A DNA stretch of 64,000 bases. It comes from Coriobacteriia bacterium. Lineage in GTDB: Bacteria; Actinomycetota; Coriobacteriia; Anaerosomatales; JBAZZO01. Every line of letters starts with the position of its first letter. Position 1 is the first letter of the stretch. Made by a program: the position numbers and the translations under genes. This document shows positions 45,017-55,299 of this stretch, in pieces. The stretch is from NCBI GenBank assembly GCA_041658765.1, contig JBAZZO010000002.1, positions 76,891 to 140,890 on the forward strand, written 5' to 3'. Below the pieces are notes generated by a model. It was not told the origin of the DNA, ran no database searches, and saw only the letters and a program-made list of their open reading frames with translations.

Positions 45017-45393
45017 TCGTCGGCCTTCGACTCGTCCCCGTCGCGAAGACCCGGCGGCACGTCGAGCAGCGCTCGCTCGATCCGCATGCCCTCGTCGACG
45101 GAGGTGTCGAGGTGGAAGCGCAGCTCGGGGACGTACTTCATGGCGACACGTGCCGCGAGAGCCGAACGCAGCCTGCTCCTCGCCGACGCGAGCCCCTGGA
45201 GCATCGCCTCGTAACGCTGCTCGTCGCCGTGGGCGACGACGTATACGTCGGCGTAGCGCATGTCCGGGCTCACCTCGACCGCAGTCACCGTCACCAGGAC
45301 GAGGCGAGGGTCACCCACCTCGTCCGAGAGGATGGAGCCGAGCGCTTCGCGGACGTTCTCGTTGAGACGCCGCGTGCGAGGTGTGCTTCTCAC
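45013..45393 (-). CDS. rbfA: Ribosome-binding factor A
   Basis: RTRRLNENVREALGSILSDEVGDPRL..VTVTAVEVSPDMRYADVYV. It lies downstream of infB. Confidence 0.9.
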   Translation of the reverse strand: MRSTPRTRRLNENVREALGSILSDEVGDPRLVLVTVTAVEVSPDMRYADVYVVAHGDEQRYEAMLQGLASARSRLRSALAARVAMKYVPELRFHLDTSVDEGMRIERALLDVPPGLRDGDESKADE

Positions 45394-45397
45394 GTCG

Positions 45398-47827
45398 TCA
45401 CTCCGTGCGGGCGACCTCGACCGTGCGGTAGGTCTCGATCACGTCGCCCTCCTTGATGTCCTGGAAGCCCTCGATGCCGATACCGCACTCGTAGCCGGCT
45501 TTGACGGACTTCACGTCCTCCTTGAACCGGCGCAGCGAATGCAGCTTGCCGTCGAAGACGATCGCGCCCTGGCGGACGACGCGGACCTGGTCGTCGCGCG
45601 AGACCTCCCCTTCCTGGACCACGCAGCCGGCGATGACGCCGACCTTGGGGATCCGGAAGAGCTCGCGCACGTCGACGCGAGACGCGTCGTGTTCCTCGAA
45701 CTTCGGCGCTAGCATGCCGACCCGTGCTGCGGTGATGTCCTCGATCGCCTGGTAGATGACCCTGTACAGACGCATGTCGACCTTCGTCTGGTCGGCGAGC
45801 ACCTTCGCTTTCGGCTCGGGGCGCACGTTGAAGCCGATGACGATGGCGTCCGATGCGTCCGCGAGCATGATGTCGGTCTCGGTGATGCCGCCCACGCCCG
45901 AGTGGAGCATGTTGATGCGCACCTCGGACTGGTCGATCTTCTCGAACGCGTCGGACAGCGCTTCGATCGAGCCCTGGACGTCGGCCTTGACGACCAGGTT
46001 GAGGTCCTTGATCTGGCCCTCCTGGATGCGAGCGAAGAGGTCGTCGAGAGAGACGTGCGACTTGCGCTGGTGGGCGACGAGGCGCTGCTTGAGCGCGCGT
46101 TCCTCGGCGATCTGGCGCGCTGTCCGCTCGTCCGCGACGACTCGGAACTCGTCTCCTGCGCTAGGAAGCGCGGCCAACCCGACGATCTCCACAGGATCGG
46201 CGGGCGCGGCTCCGACGACCGTGTCGCCTTTGGGATCGACGAGCGCCCGGACACGGCCGTGCGCGAGCCCGGCGACGACCGCGTCGCCGACCTTGAGGGT
46301 GCCGCGCTGGACGAGGACGGTGGCCACGGGACCGCGGCCTCTGTCTAGCTTCGCCTCGATCACCACGCCGCTCGCGGGGGCGTCGGGGTTCGCCTTCAGC
46401 TCCTGGACGTCGGCCACGAGCAGGATCATCTCGAGCAACTCGTCTATGTTGAGGTGCTTCTTCGCAGACACGTCGACGAAGACGTTGGAGCCTCCCCATT
46501 CCTCGGGGATGACGCCGTGGTCGGAGAGCTCCTGGCGGACGCGGTCGGGGTTCGCCCCGTCCTTGTCGATCTTGTTGACGGCGACGAGGATCGGCACGCC
46601 GGCGGCCTTGGCATGGTCGATCGCCTCGACCGTCTGCGGCATGACGCCGTCGTCGGCGGCCACGACCAGCACCGCGACGTCGGTGACCTTCGCGCCGCGA
46701 GCACGCATGGCGGTGAACGCCTCGTGTCCCGGCGTGTCGATGAAGGTTATCTGCTTGCCGTTCTTGCGCACGACGGACGCGCCTATGTGCTGCGTGATGC
46801 CGCCGGCCTCGGTCGCGGCCACTCCGGTCGAGCGGATCGCGTCGAGCAGGGACGTCTTCCCGTGGTCGACGTGACCCATGACCGTGACGACCGGGGGACG
46901 CGAGACGAGGTCGTCGGGATGGTCCTCGATGACGCCGGTGATCTCCTCCTCCGGAGTGACGACCTTGACGGTCCAGCCCAGATCCTCCGCGAGTATCTCG
47001 ATCGTCTCGCGGGACATCGGCTGGTTGACGGTCAGAGGCTCGCCGAGGAGCATCAGGCGCTTGATTATCTCGCCCGGAGCGAGCGACACCGCGGCGGCGA
47101 ACTCGCCGACCGTGGTGCCCTCGGTGAGAGTCAGGGACTCACCCGTCGCGACAGGCGCGTCGTGGGCGGGCGTCTCGGTGCCGGTCGCTACGCCCGCGAC
47201 GGCCGCCTCGCGGCGCCCTGAGGGCTTCTTGCCGGTCTTGCGCTTGGACGGACCGCCCGTCGCGGCCTGGGCGGCGATCTTCGCGGCCTCTGCGAGGATG
47301 GTCGGGGCCGCCTGCTTGATGGCCTGTTCGGCCTCGAGCGCCATGCGACGGTACCGCTCCGCTTCTTCCTGCTCTATGCGCGTGGCCTCGGCCTTTGCGA
47401 TGTCGGCCGCCTTCCGCGCTTCGCCCTCGGCCTCCTGGCGTGCGGCTTCCTCCGCTTCGCGCTTGGCGGCCTCTTCTGCGCGTCGCGCGGCCTCCTTGGC
47501 CTCCTGGCGCTCGCGCTCTTCGTCCTCCGCCGTGCGCGCGGCGAGCTCGGCGGCCTTCCGCTCTTCCTCGGCGAGTCGGAGCGCCTTCTCGTCCGCTTCG
47601 CGCTTCGCGGTCTCCGCCGTCTCGCGCCGGATGCGTTCCGCCTCCATCTGGGCCTGACGCTCGGCGATCTCGGGGCCCAGCGCCTTGCGGATCTTGTCGA
47701 CATAGGCGTCGACCAGCGTCGACGCATGGTTCTTCGCCGGTATCTTCATCTCCTGGAGCCGGTCGAGCAGCTCCTTGGAGGTCATGCCGAACTCTTTCGC
47801 GAGTTCGTGCACCCTCATTGCGGGCAT
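45398..47827 (-). CDS. infB: Translation initiation factor IF-2
   Basis: An N-terminal charged low-complexity region, then a G domain with [20 protein letters not shown] and NKID. ATG at 47827, with ATG at 47818 as an alternative. Confidence 0.96.
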   Translation of the reverse strand: MPAMRVHELAKEFGMTSKELLDRLQEMKIPAKNHASTLVDAYVDKIRKALGPEIAERQAQMEAERIRRETAETAKREADEKALRLAEEERKAAELAARTAEDEERERQEAKEAARRAEEAAKREAEEAARQEAEGEARKAADIAKAEATRIEQEEAERYRRMALEAEQAIKQAAPTILAEAAKIAAQAATGGPSKRKTGKKPSGRREAAVAGVATGTETPAHDAPVATGESLTLTEGTTVGEFAAAVSLAPGEIIKRLMLLGEPLTVNQPMSRETIEILAEDLGWTVKVVTPEEEITGVIEDHPDDLVSRPPVVTVMGHVDHGKTSLLDAIRSTGVAATEAGGITQHIGASVVRKNGKQITFIDTPGHEAFTAMRARGAKVTDVAVLVVAADDGVMPQTVEAIDHAKAAGVPILVAVNKIDKDGANPDRVRQELSDHGVIPEEWGGSNVFVDVSAKKHLNIDELLEMILLVADVQELKANPDAPASGVVIEAKLDRGRGPVATVLVQRGTLKVGDAVVAGLAHGRVRALVDPKGDTVVGAAPADPVEIVGLAALPSAGDEFRVVADERTARQIAEERALKQRLVAHQRKSHVSLDDLFARIQEGQIKDLNLVVKADVQGSIEALSDAFEKIDQSEVRINMLHSGVGGITETDIMLADASDAIVIGFNVRPEPKAKVLADQTKVDMRLYRVIYQAIEDITAARVGMLAPKFEEHDASRVDVRELFRIPKVGVIAGCVVQEGEVSRDDQVRVVRQGAIVFDGKLHSLRRFKEDVKSVKAGYECGIGIEGFQDIKEGDVIETYRTVEVARTE

Positions 47828-47857
47828 CGCGTCACCGTCCTCGTCGTCAGCGCCATG

Positions 47858-48133
47858 TCATGCCTCTATCAGGCGCTCGAACTCTCGGCGCAACCGCTCT
47901 ACATCTTCTTCGCGCAACGTGACGCGGAGCGCAGCGGTGAACCTCTTCCTGGACACGGCGCGCTCGAAGCACGCCGACGTGCGGCACACGTACGCGCCTC
48001 GGCCGTTCAGCTTCCCGGACGGATCCACGGCCGTATCGCCGTCGCCCATGCGCACGAAGCGCACGAAGTCCTTCTTGTCGCCGCTAGTCGCGCATGCGAC
48101 ACAGGTCCTCACCGGTGGCTTGCGAGGCTTCAT
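47858..48133 (-). CDS. ylxR: YlxR family RNA-binding protein (DUF448)
   Basis: RTCVACATSGDKKDFVRFV...GRGAYVC. ATGA overlap with the nusA stop. Confidence 0.85.
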   Translation of the reverse strand: MKPRKPPVRTCVACATSGDKKDFVRFVRMGDGDTAVDPSGKLNGRGAYVCRTSACFERAVSRKRFTAALRVTLREEDVERLRREFERLIEA

Positions 48134-49275
48134 GCGTCCTTCGCGGCCTCCTTCTCATGCACGCCGCAGTAGACGCTGCCGGGCCGTGCCTTGTTGCGGC
48201 AGCGCACGCCGGTGCTCGTGACCGCGACACAACGGCCGTCGGTCTCCTCGATGGCGGCGCCACCGGCGCCGCCCGCAGCGAGCGCGAGTCCAGCGTCGAG
48301 CGCCTGGGATGTGTTCTTGATGTCGATCCGCCACCCGGTCAGCTTCGCCGCGAGCCGGGCGTTCTGTCCCTCCTTGCCGATGGCGAGGGAGAGCTGGTCA
48401 TCGGGGACGATCACGGTCGCGGTATGCTCGGTGTCGGAGACGATGACCGAGTTCACCTTGGCGGGAGAGAGGGCGTTCGCCACGAACGTCGCGGCGTCGT
48501 CGGACCAGGGCACGACGTCGATGCGCTCGCCGCGCAGCTCGCCGACGACCATCCGGACCCTGCTGCCCTTGGGCCCCACGCAGGCGCCCACCGGGTCGAG
48601 ACCGGGCTCCCTCGATGCGACGGCGACCTTGCTGCGAAGCCCCGGTTCGCGAGCGACGCCCTTGATCTCGACGATCCCGTCGTAGATCTCGGGGACCTCC
48701 AATTCAAAGAGCCGCTTGATGAGGCCGGGATGGGTGCGCGAGATGGTTATCGGCGGTTCGGTCGTCGTCTTGCGGACGTCGATGACGAACGCCTTGAGGC
48801 GCTGGTTGTGGTCGTAGCGCTCGTTGGAGGGCTGCTCGGTGTGAGGCAGCAAGGCCTCGACGCCCTGCCTGAGCGAGACCAGGGTGTAGCGCGCGTCGGA
48901 CTGCTGGACGATGCCGGTGACGATGTCGCCGATGCGGTCGGCGTACTCCTCGAAGATCTGCTCTCGCTCGGCCTCGCGGATGATCGAGAGTATCTCCTGC
49001 TTGGCGGTCTGGGCGGCCATCCTCGAGACGTCCGGAGGCGTGATGTCGCGGTCCTCGAGGACCGGTTCCTCCTCGGTGCCGCCGACAGGGACCTGCTCGT
49101 AGACGTGGATGCGTCCATCATCGCGCTCGATAGAGACGCGTACCTCGTTCTCGAGGTCGAGGAGCCGTTTGTATGCGGCGGCGAGCTTCTTCTCGAGCCG
49201 GTCGAGTATGAGGTACTGGTCTATGCCCTTCTCGCGCTCGAGTTGGCGCAGGGCTTCGATGAGTTCGGAACTCAT
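48130..49275 (-). CDS. nusA: Transcription termination/antitermination factor NusA (with unusual Cys/His C-terminal tail)
   Basis: NTD, S1 and two KH domains (GACVGPKGSRV, AIGKEGQNARLAAKLTGWRIDI). The last ~35 aa carry C-x9-C-x10-C-x2-H instead of acidic AR repeats. Confidence 0.95.
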   Translation of the reverse strand: MSSELIEALRQLEREKGIDQYLILDRLEKKLAAAYKRLLDLENEVRVSIERDDGRIHVYEQVPVGGTEEEPVLEDRDITPPDVSRMAAQTAKQEILSIIREAEREQIFEEYADRIGDIVTGIVQQSDARYTLVSLRQGVEALLPHTEQPSNERYDHNQRLKAFVIDVRKTTTEPPITISRTHPGLIKRLFELEVPEIYDGIVEIKGVAREPGLRSKVAVASREPGLDPVGACVGPKGSRVRMVVGELRGERIDVVPWSDDAATFVANALSPAKVNSVIVSDTEHTATVIVPDDQLSLAIGKEGQNARLAAKLTGWRIDIKNTSQALDAGLALAAGGAGGAAIEETDGRCVAVTSTGVRCRNKARPGSVYCGVHEKEAAKDA

Positions 49276-49763
49276 GAGCGTTCCCCGCTCCCTTCGTGTC
49301 CGATCGTGATGTCAGCGCGCAGACGAGCTTTCGCTATGTCGGCGTGGAGCAGGCGGACGGCGCCGCCATCGACCTCTAGGACTATCGTGTCTCCATCGAC
49401 GGCGGCGATGCGCCCGGTGTACGTGCGTCGTCCGGCGTGGGTCTCCTTCGTCGAGACGACGGCGCGGCTCCCGGTGAAGCGCGCGAAATCGACGATCGTA
49501 CGCAGGGGCCGGTCGAGTCCGGGCGAAGAGACCTCCAGCGTGTACGGCCCGCTGCTGCCGGGATCGGCGTCGAGAGACTCCCCTATCCACCCGTTCGCCG
49601 CGGCGAGCGTGTCGACATCGATGCCGCCCTCGCGGTCGAGGAAGACGCGGACGATCCTGCGTCCGTGGCTGCCGGCGAGCTCGACCCAGACCAGCTCGAG
49701 GCCGCGCGCGACCGCCTCCGGGGAGAGCAGCTCGATGATCCGTTCCACAGTGTTGACCGCCAC
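49272..49763 (-). CDS. rimP: Ribosome maturation factor RimP
   Basis: VERIIELLSPEAVARGLELVWVEL...LEVSSPGLDRPL. GTG at 49763 has GGAAGGAGG 7 nt upstream. The ORF-track start is over-extended into the leader. Confidence 0.88.
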   Translation of the reverse strand: MAVNTVERIIELLSPEAVARGLELVWVELAGSHGRRIVRVFLDREGGIDVDTLAAANGWIGESLDADPGSSGPYTLEVSSPGLDRPLRTIVDFARFTGSRAVVSTKETHAGRRTYTGRIAAVDGDTIVLEVDGGAVRLLHADIAKARLRADITIGHEGSGERS

Positions 49764-49786
49764 AGTCCCCGACCTCCTTCCAGAAC

Positions 49787-49825
49787 AAAAAAAGCGGGGG
49801 TCAGCCCACTTCTCGCGAGGACACG
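49787..49825 (-). promoter_or_regulatory. Leader element of rimP-nusA-infB: imperfect GC hairpin followed by a T7 tract (candidate attenuator/intrinsic terminator)
   Basis: The - strand reads ...CGCGAGAAGUGGGCUGACCCCCGC UUUUUUU GUUC, immediately before the rimP RBS. A7 on the + strand spans 49787-49793. A homopolymer A/T run of 7 stands out in this GC-rich window. Confidence 0.4.
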
Positions 49826-49844
49826 CATCTTTCGACAACGATGG

Positions 49845-49872
49845 ATTCTACCACAGCCCGGAACCTGGTCAA
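49845..49872 (-). promoter_or_regulatory. Sigma-70-like promoter of the rimP-nusA-infB operon
   Basis: The - strand reads TTGACC-N16-TAGAAT, with TGG immediately upstream of the -10 (extended -10). Confidence 0.55.
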
Positions 49873-49879
49873 ACACGGT

Positions 49880-49897
49880 GCGACGCAGTGGCGTCGC
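49880..49897 (-). terminator. Hairpin downstream of proS (candidate terminator)
   Basis: GCGACGC-CACT-GCGTCGC on the - strand (7-bp stem, 4-nt loop), about 35 nt after the proS stop. It is followed only by a weak GTTT. Confidence 0.35.
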
Positions 49898-49931
49898 CCG
49901 TACGCGTGGGGCGCGCGTGTTCGAGACCGGT

Positions 49932-51659
49932 CTACCGGAGGGCGGCTCTCGCCGCGTCGACGAGACCAGACACGTGCGCGACGGCCTCCTCGATGGGGAC
50001 CTCGACGCGCTCTCCGCCGCGGCGCTCCTTGACCTCGACGATGCCGCGGGCGAGGCCCTTGGACCCGACGACGATCTGGAAAGGCAGGCCGATGAGGTCG
50101 GCGTCGGCGAACTTGACCCCCGGCCGCAGGTCGCGGTCGTCGATGAGCGTCTCGACACCGGCGTCGGCCAGCTCGCGCCAGACGCGTTCCGCGCACGTCC
50201 ACACCGGTCCGTCGTCGATCGCGAGCGGGACGACGGCCACCTCGAGGGGTGCGACGGAGATCGGCCACACGATGCCCGATCCGTCGTTGTGCTGTTCTAT
50301 CACCGCCGCCAGCGAGCGCGAGATACCCACGCCGTAGCATCCCATGAGGAACGGGCGTTCCACGCCGTCTTCGTCCGCGAAGGTGGCGCCCATCGCCTGC
50401 GAATACCGTGTTCCGAGCTGGAAGACCTGCGACACCTCGATCCCGCGGGCGCCCGAGAGGACGGCGCCGCAGCGCGGACACAGGTCCCCGGCCTCCGCGA
50501 GGACGAGGTCGGCCCAGACGGCGACCTCGAAGTCACGGCCAGGCGCGGCGTGAACGAAGTGGAAACCGTCCTCGTTGGCCCCCACGCCCCAGGAGACCTC
50601 TTCACGAAGGCTCTCCTGCGCCACGACGAGAGTGCCCTCCTCGATCCCGACAGGGCCGAGCGAGCCCTTCGGAAGGCCGAGTTCGCGGAAGTCGTCCTCG
50701 TCGAGCAGGCGCACGCCGGGCACGGCGCGCTCCGCCTTCACGGGGTTGAGCTCCCTGTCGCCCGGGATGCAGAAGAAGACGAGGGAGTCGCCGGCGAGGC
50801 CGGCCATCGTCTTCACCGTGTCGTGCGCCGCGATGTCGAGGAACGCGGAGAGTTCGGCGATCGTGCCGATACCGGGTGTGGCCACGCGCTCGATCACTCG
50901 CGCGTCGACGACGGCGGGACTGCGCGGGACGACGGTGGAAGCGGCCTCGACGTTCGCCGCGTAGCCGCAGGCAGCGCAGTGGACGAGGGATGCCTCTCCG
51001 GACTCCGCCAAAGCCATGAACTCGGTCGTCACCTTACCGCCGATCTGGCCGGACTCGGCCTCGACAGGGCGGAAGTCGAGGGCGAGCCGCTCGCAGATGC
51101 GCGCGTATGCGCCCGACATCGCGTCGTAGTGCTCCTGGAGCGACGCTTGGTCCGAGTGGAACGAATACGCGTCCTTCATGATGAACTCACGGCCGCGCAG
51201 CAGACCGAACCGCGGGCGCACCTCGTCCCTGAACTTCACCTGTATCTGGTAGAGGGAGAGCGGGAGGTCGCGATAGGACCGGACCTCGTCCCGCACGATC
51301 GACGTCACGAGTTCCTCGTGGGTGGGCCCGAGACAGAAGTCGCGACCGTGCCGGTCTTTGAACCGCATGAGTTCCGGGCCGTAGAGGTCCCACCTGCCGG
51401 ATTCGAGCCAGAGCTCGGCGGGCTGGGCAGCCGGCATCAGGATCTCCTGGCTGCCGATGCGGTCCATCTCCTCCCGGACCACACGCTCGACCTTCGCGAG
51501 CGCTCGAAGTCCGAGCGGGAGGAACGAGTAGATGCCGGCCGCGGTCTTTCGCATCATGCCTGCGCGCAGCAGGAGGCGGTGCGAGGCGACCTCGGCCTCG
51601 GAGGGGTCTTCCTTCAGCGTCGGGACGTATGTCCCGCTCATCCGCAACGCGACGCCCAT
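49932..51659 (-). CDS. proS: Proline--tRNA ligase (bacterial type with editing insertion)
   Basis: Class II aaRS motifs, an INS editing domain and a C-terminal anticodon-binding domain. ATG at 51659 is preceded by GGGGAGAAG. ATG at 51641 is an alternative. Confidence 0.93.
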   Translation of the reverse strand: MGVALRMSGTYVPTLKEDPSEAEVASHRLLLRAGMMRKTAAGIYSFLPLGLRALAKVERVVREEMDRIGSQEILMPAAQPAELWLESGRWDLYGPELMRFKDRHGRDFCLGPTHEELVTSIVRDEVRSYRDLPLSLYQIQVKFRDEVRPRFGLLRGREFIMKDAYSFHSDQASLQEHYDAMSGAYARICERLALDFRPVEAESGQIGGKVTTEFMALAESGEASLVHCAACGYAANVEAASTVVPRSPAVVDARVIERVATPGIGTIAELSAFLDIAAHDTVKTMAGLAGDSLVFFCIPGDRELNPVKAERAVPGVRLLDEDDFRELGLPKGSLGPVGIEEGTLVVAQESLREEVSWGVGANEDGFHFVHAAPGRDFEVAVWADLVLAEAGDLCPRCGAVLSGARGIEVSQVFQLGTRYSQAMGATFADEDGVERPFLMGCYGVGISRSLAAVIEQHNDGSGIVWPISVAPLEVAVVPLAIDDGPVWTCAERVWRELADAGVETLIDDRDLRPGVKFADADLIGLPFQIVVGSKGLARGIVEVKERRGGERVEVPIEEAVAHVSGLVDAARAALR

Positions 51660-51773
51660 CGCTTCTCCCCTGCCCTCTCGACGGCGATCCGCCGGTGTGT
51701 GTCGAAGCAGCACGATACCAGGACGGCCTTGCGCGCGCCACGCAGGGGCCGGTGAGCGGCGACGGAGCCGGGG

Positions 51774-52847
51774 TCACTCCGAGGACAGGGCGTCGATCTC
51801 CTCGAAGAGGGCGTCCACGATGGCGTCCTCGGGGACCTTGCGCACCGGCTCGCCCTTGCGGAACACGAGGCCCACTCCGTGTCCTGCGGCGACCCCGACA
51901 TCGGCGTCGCGCGCTTCCCCCGGTCCGTTCACGGCGCAACCCATGACCGCGACCTTCAAAGGCGTGCGAACGTCACGGAGACGCCGGGAGACTTCTTCGG
52001 CGATCGGCACGAGGTCGACGCCGCAACGTCCGCAGGTCGGGCACGAGACGAGCTCCGGGCCGCGGCGGCGGATATCCAGCGCGGCGAGAAGGTCCCATGC
52101 GACGAGGACCTCGTCGACAGGGTCGGCGGTGAGGGAGACGCGCAGCGTGTCCCCGATACCCTCCGCGAGGAGGATGCCGAGTCCGACCGAGGACTTGACG
52201 GTGCCCGTCCTGCTGGTTCCGGCCTCGGTGACGCCGATGTGCAGCGGATAGGGCACCGCATCGGCGAGGGAACGGTATGCCGAGATGGTGGAGACGACCG
52301 AGGATGCCTTGGCCGAGACGACCAGATCCTCGAATCCCGCGGTCTCGGCCTGTCCGCAGAAAGCGATCGCGCTCGCGACCAGCTTGTCGGAGAGCGGCCA
52401 GTCCCTGTCGCGCACCTGATCGTCGAGGGATCCGGCGTTCACGCCGATGCGCACGGGGATGCCGGCCTCCCCTGCCGCCGCGAGTACCGCCGCGAGGCGG
52501 TCCGGGCCGCCGATGTTGCCGGGGTTGACGCGGATCTTCGAGGCGCCCCGTTGCGCGGCAGAGATCGCGAGACGGTGGTCGAAGTGGATGTCCGCGACGA
52601 CGGGAAGCGGGGACTCGGCGCAGATACGCTCGAATGCGTCGAGCACTCGAGCGTCGGGTACCGCCACCCTCACGATCTCGCATCCCGCCTCTGCGAGGCG
52701 ACCGATCTGCGCGAGTGTGGCGACGGCGTCGGCCGTGTCGGTGTTCGTCATCGACTGGACGGCGATGGCCGCGCCTCCCCCGACGGGTACGGCGCCGACC
52801 GTGACGGGACGAGTGTGGCGGCGAGGCTCCATGCCGTCAGCCACCAC
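51774..52847 (-). CDS. ispG: 4-hydroxy-3-methylbut-2-en-1-yl diphosphate synthase
   Basis: IAVQSMTNTDT, RVAVP and a C-terminal [4Fe-4S] Cys triad (SCPTCGRC ... MGCAVNGPGE). Confidence 0.93.
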   Translation of the reverse strand: MVADGMEPRRHTRPVTVGAVPVGGGAAIAVQSMTNTDTADAVATLAQIGRLAEAGCEIVRVAVPDARVLDAFERICAESPLPVVADIHFDHRLAISAAQRGASKIRVNPGNIGGPDRLAAVLAAAGEAGIPVRIGVNAGSLDDQVRDRDWPLSDKLVASAIAFCGQAETAGFEDLVVSAKASSVVSTISAYRSLADAVPYPLHIGVTEAGTSRTGTVKSSVGLGILLAEGIGDTLRVSLTADPVDEVLVAWDLLAALDIRRRGPELVSCPTCGRCGVDLVPIAEEVSRRLRDVRTPLKVAVMGCAVNGPGEARDADVGVAAGHGVGLVFRKGEPVRKVPEDAIVDALFEEIDALSSE

Positions 52848-54099
52848 GGACCACGTATCGCATGACGTCCGCGTACATCAGGTATCCGATGAGCGAGAAG
52901 AGCAGCACCGCGCCGACGGCGCTCACTCCGAGCGATACCTCGCGTCTGAGCGGGCGTCGGTGGATGGCCTCGACTATCTCCATGGCGATCTTGCCGCCGT
53001 CGAGCGGCGGGATGGGCAGTACGTTCATGATACCGAGCGAGAGCGAGAGGAGCGCGACCAGCCAGGCGTAGTCGAGGGGACCCTGCTTCACCGCGCGCGC
53101 CACCTCGACACTGATGCCGACGACACTGCGAGCTCCCTCGACGGATCGGGCGAAGGTCGACGGGCGGAAGAAGTCGAGGATGGCGACGAACACCATCCCG
53201 GTCCAACGCAGGCTCTCCCGCGCCGCACCGAGGACGGAGGGTCTCACGCGCACGAGATCGGCCGAGACGCCGAGTAGCGCCCGGGCGCCGGAACCTCCGA
53301 GGGTCGCTTCGAGCCGCACGAGCGTCCCGCCCCTTCTCACCGTCACGCCCACCGAGTCTCCCGGACGGTGGCCGGAGATGGCCGCGAGGAGCGAGGACCA
53401 GTCCTTCAACTGCCGCCCGTCCATGGCGACGAGCCGGTCTCCCGCGAGCACGCCGGAACGTGCAGCCGCGCTTCCGGGCTGGACCTCGGCGATGCGCAGA
53501 GACGGGGTGTAGTAGCCCCAGACGGAAAGGGTGACGGTGAAGACGAGTATCGCGGCGACGATGTTCGCGACGACCCCGCTGGAGAGTATGGCGATCCGCT
53601 GCAGAGGGGACTTCCCGCGGTAGGTGGCACGGCGTTCGGAGTCGAGAAGAGCGGCGGGGTCCAAGGCGGGGTCCGCCTCAGCGAGCGCCCGGTAAGCGGT
53701 GCGGTCGGAGGGCTCCACGGAACCGTAGTCGGCGAGCGTGGTGAGGAGCGCGGCCGCTCTGTCGCGGGTAATGCCCAGGGCGCCGGCCAGGTCACCCGCC
53801 GTGACCGTGCCCATGACGACCGCCGCTTCGAGCGCGCGAGCGAGGTCCGGGTCCTCCTCGCCGGGTTCCATCCCCGCGATGCGCACGTAACCACCGAGCG
53901 GCACCGCGGTTATGCCGAAAGCGGTCCGGCCCCGGCGGATGCGAAGTGCGGGACCCGGGAGTCCGATCATGAACTCGTGCACCCTGACCCCGAAGAGGCG
54001 CGCGGCGAGGTAGTGTCCGCCCTCATGGAGCACGATGAGGAGGGAGAAGGTGAGCACGCCCCAGAAGACGGTATCTACGAAACCCAGGACTGCGGACAT
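52837..54099 (-). CDS. rseP: RIP metalloprotease RseP (site-2 protease, M50)
   Basis: HEGGHYLAARLFG zinc motif, a PDZ region, a C-terminal NxxPxxxLDG motif (NVLPIPPLDGG) and several TM helices. Confidence 0.88.
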   Translation of the reverse strand: MSAVLGFVDTVFWGVLTFSLLIVLHEGGHYLAARLFGVRVHEFMIGLPGPALRIRRGRTAFGITAVPLGGYVRIAGMEPGEEDPDLARALEAAVVMGTVTAGDLAGALGITRDRAAALLTTLADYGSVEPSDRTAYRALAEADPALDPAALLDSERRATYRGKSPLQRIAILSSGVVANIVAAILVFTVTLSVWGYYTPSLRIAEVQPGSAAARSGVLAGDRLVAMDGRQLKDWSSLLAAISGHRPGDSVGVTVRRGGTLVRLEATLGGSGARALLGVSADLVRVRPSVLGAARESLRWTGMVFVAILDFFRPSTFARSVEGARSVVGISVEVARAVKQGPLDYAWLVALLSLSLGIMNVLPIPPLDGGKIAMEIVEAIHRRPLRREVSLGVSAVGAVLLFSLIGYLMYADVMRYVVRGG

Positions 54100-54156
54100 C
54101 TACGGGTGGCCTTTCGGCTGACAGGCGCGGATATGGACGGCAAACGCCGTGCCGTC

Positions 54157-55299
54157 TCACTCCATATGTACCTCTGCGGCCCTTCGCGCCCAGACGTCGA
54201 CTGCTTCGACCTGGTCGACGGTCTCGAGCTCGCGCGGAGTGTGAGCTTCCATGACCTCGCCGACGATACGGTCGATGTCGGTCAGCGCGATGCGGCCGGA
54301 AAGGAAGGCGGCCACGGCGGCCTCGTTCGCAGCGTTCATGACCGCCGGCATGGTTCCTCCGGTACGGCCTGCCTCCAGCGCGAGTGTCAGACAGCGGAAG
54401 GTCTCGACGTCGGGTTCCTCGAAGTCGAGGCGGCACATGTCGATGAAGTCGATCGGAGAGACGGGGGCGTCCCACCGATCCGGATGGCTCAGGGAGTACT
54501 GGATGGGGATGCGCATATCCGTCGCGCCGAGGTGGGCCTTCACCGAGCCGTCGACGAACTCGACCATGGAATGCACGCAACTCTGCGGATGGACGACGAT
54601 GCGGATCTCGTCGTAGCCGACGCCGAAGAGGTGGTGCGCCTCGATCGCCTCGAGGCCCTTGTTCATCAGCGTCGCCGAGTCGACGGTGATCTTGGGGCCC
54701 ATCGTCCATCGCGGGTGCGCGAGGGTCTCCTCGACTCCCGCGCTAGCGAGATCGGCGCGTGATCGGCCGCGGAAGGGCCCACCGGACGCGGTGAGCCATA
54801 TCCGGGAGAGGTCCTCCTCACGCTCACCCTGGAGGCACTGGAAGATCGCGGAGTGTTCGCTGTCGACCGGGATGATCGAGCCCGGGCGTGCGAGCGCTGT
54901 CACTAGCTCGCCTCCGGCGACGAGCGACTCCTTGTTGGCGAGTGCGAGGCGCTTGCCGGCGGAGAGCGCCGCGAGGGTGGCCCGAAGGCCTGCGGCGCCG
55001 ACGAGGGCGTTCAAGACCACGTCGACGCCGTCGCGACCGGCCATCGCCACGACGGCGGCCGCGCCCGCGCCGACCCTCGCCCCGCGGACGCGTGAGGCTG
55101 CCAGCAGGGCGCGTGTCGGATCGCCCAGCGCGAGGTCGGTGACGCCGAAGGTCGCGGCCTGCTCCGTGAGGAGGTCCACGTTGGAGTTCGCCGCAAGAGC
55201 GACGACTTGGACCCGATCCGGGAAGCGGGCGGCGACGTCGAGCGCTTGACGCCCGACGGAGCCCGTCGACCCTAGGATGGCGACGCGTATGGGGTTCAT
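54157..55299 (-). CDS. dxr: 1-deoxy-D-xylulose 5-phosphate reductoisomerase
   Basis: ILGSTGSVGRQALDV, LANKESLV and DSEHSAIFQC motifs. ATGA overlap with the cdsA stop. Confidence 0.95.
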   Translation of the reverse strand: MNPIRVAILGSTGSVGRQALDVAARFPDRVQVVALAANSNVDLLTEQAATFGVTDLALGDPTRALLAASRVRGARVGAGAAAVVAMAGRDGVDVVLNALVGAAGLRATLAALSAGKRLALANKESLVAGGELVTALARPGSIIPVDSEHSAIFQCLQGEREEDLSRIWLTASGGPFRGRSRADLASAGVEETLAHPRWTMGPKITVDSATLMNKGLEAIEAHHLFGVGYDEIRIVVHPQSCVHSMVEFVDGSVKAHLGATDMRIPIQYSLSHPDRWDAPVSPIDFIDMCRLDFEEPDVETFRCLTLALEAGRTGGTMPAVMNAANEAAVAAFLSGRIALTDIDRIVGEVMEAHTPRELETVDQVEAVDVWARRAAEVHME

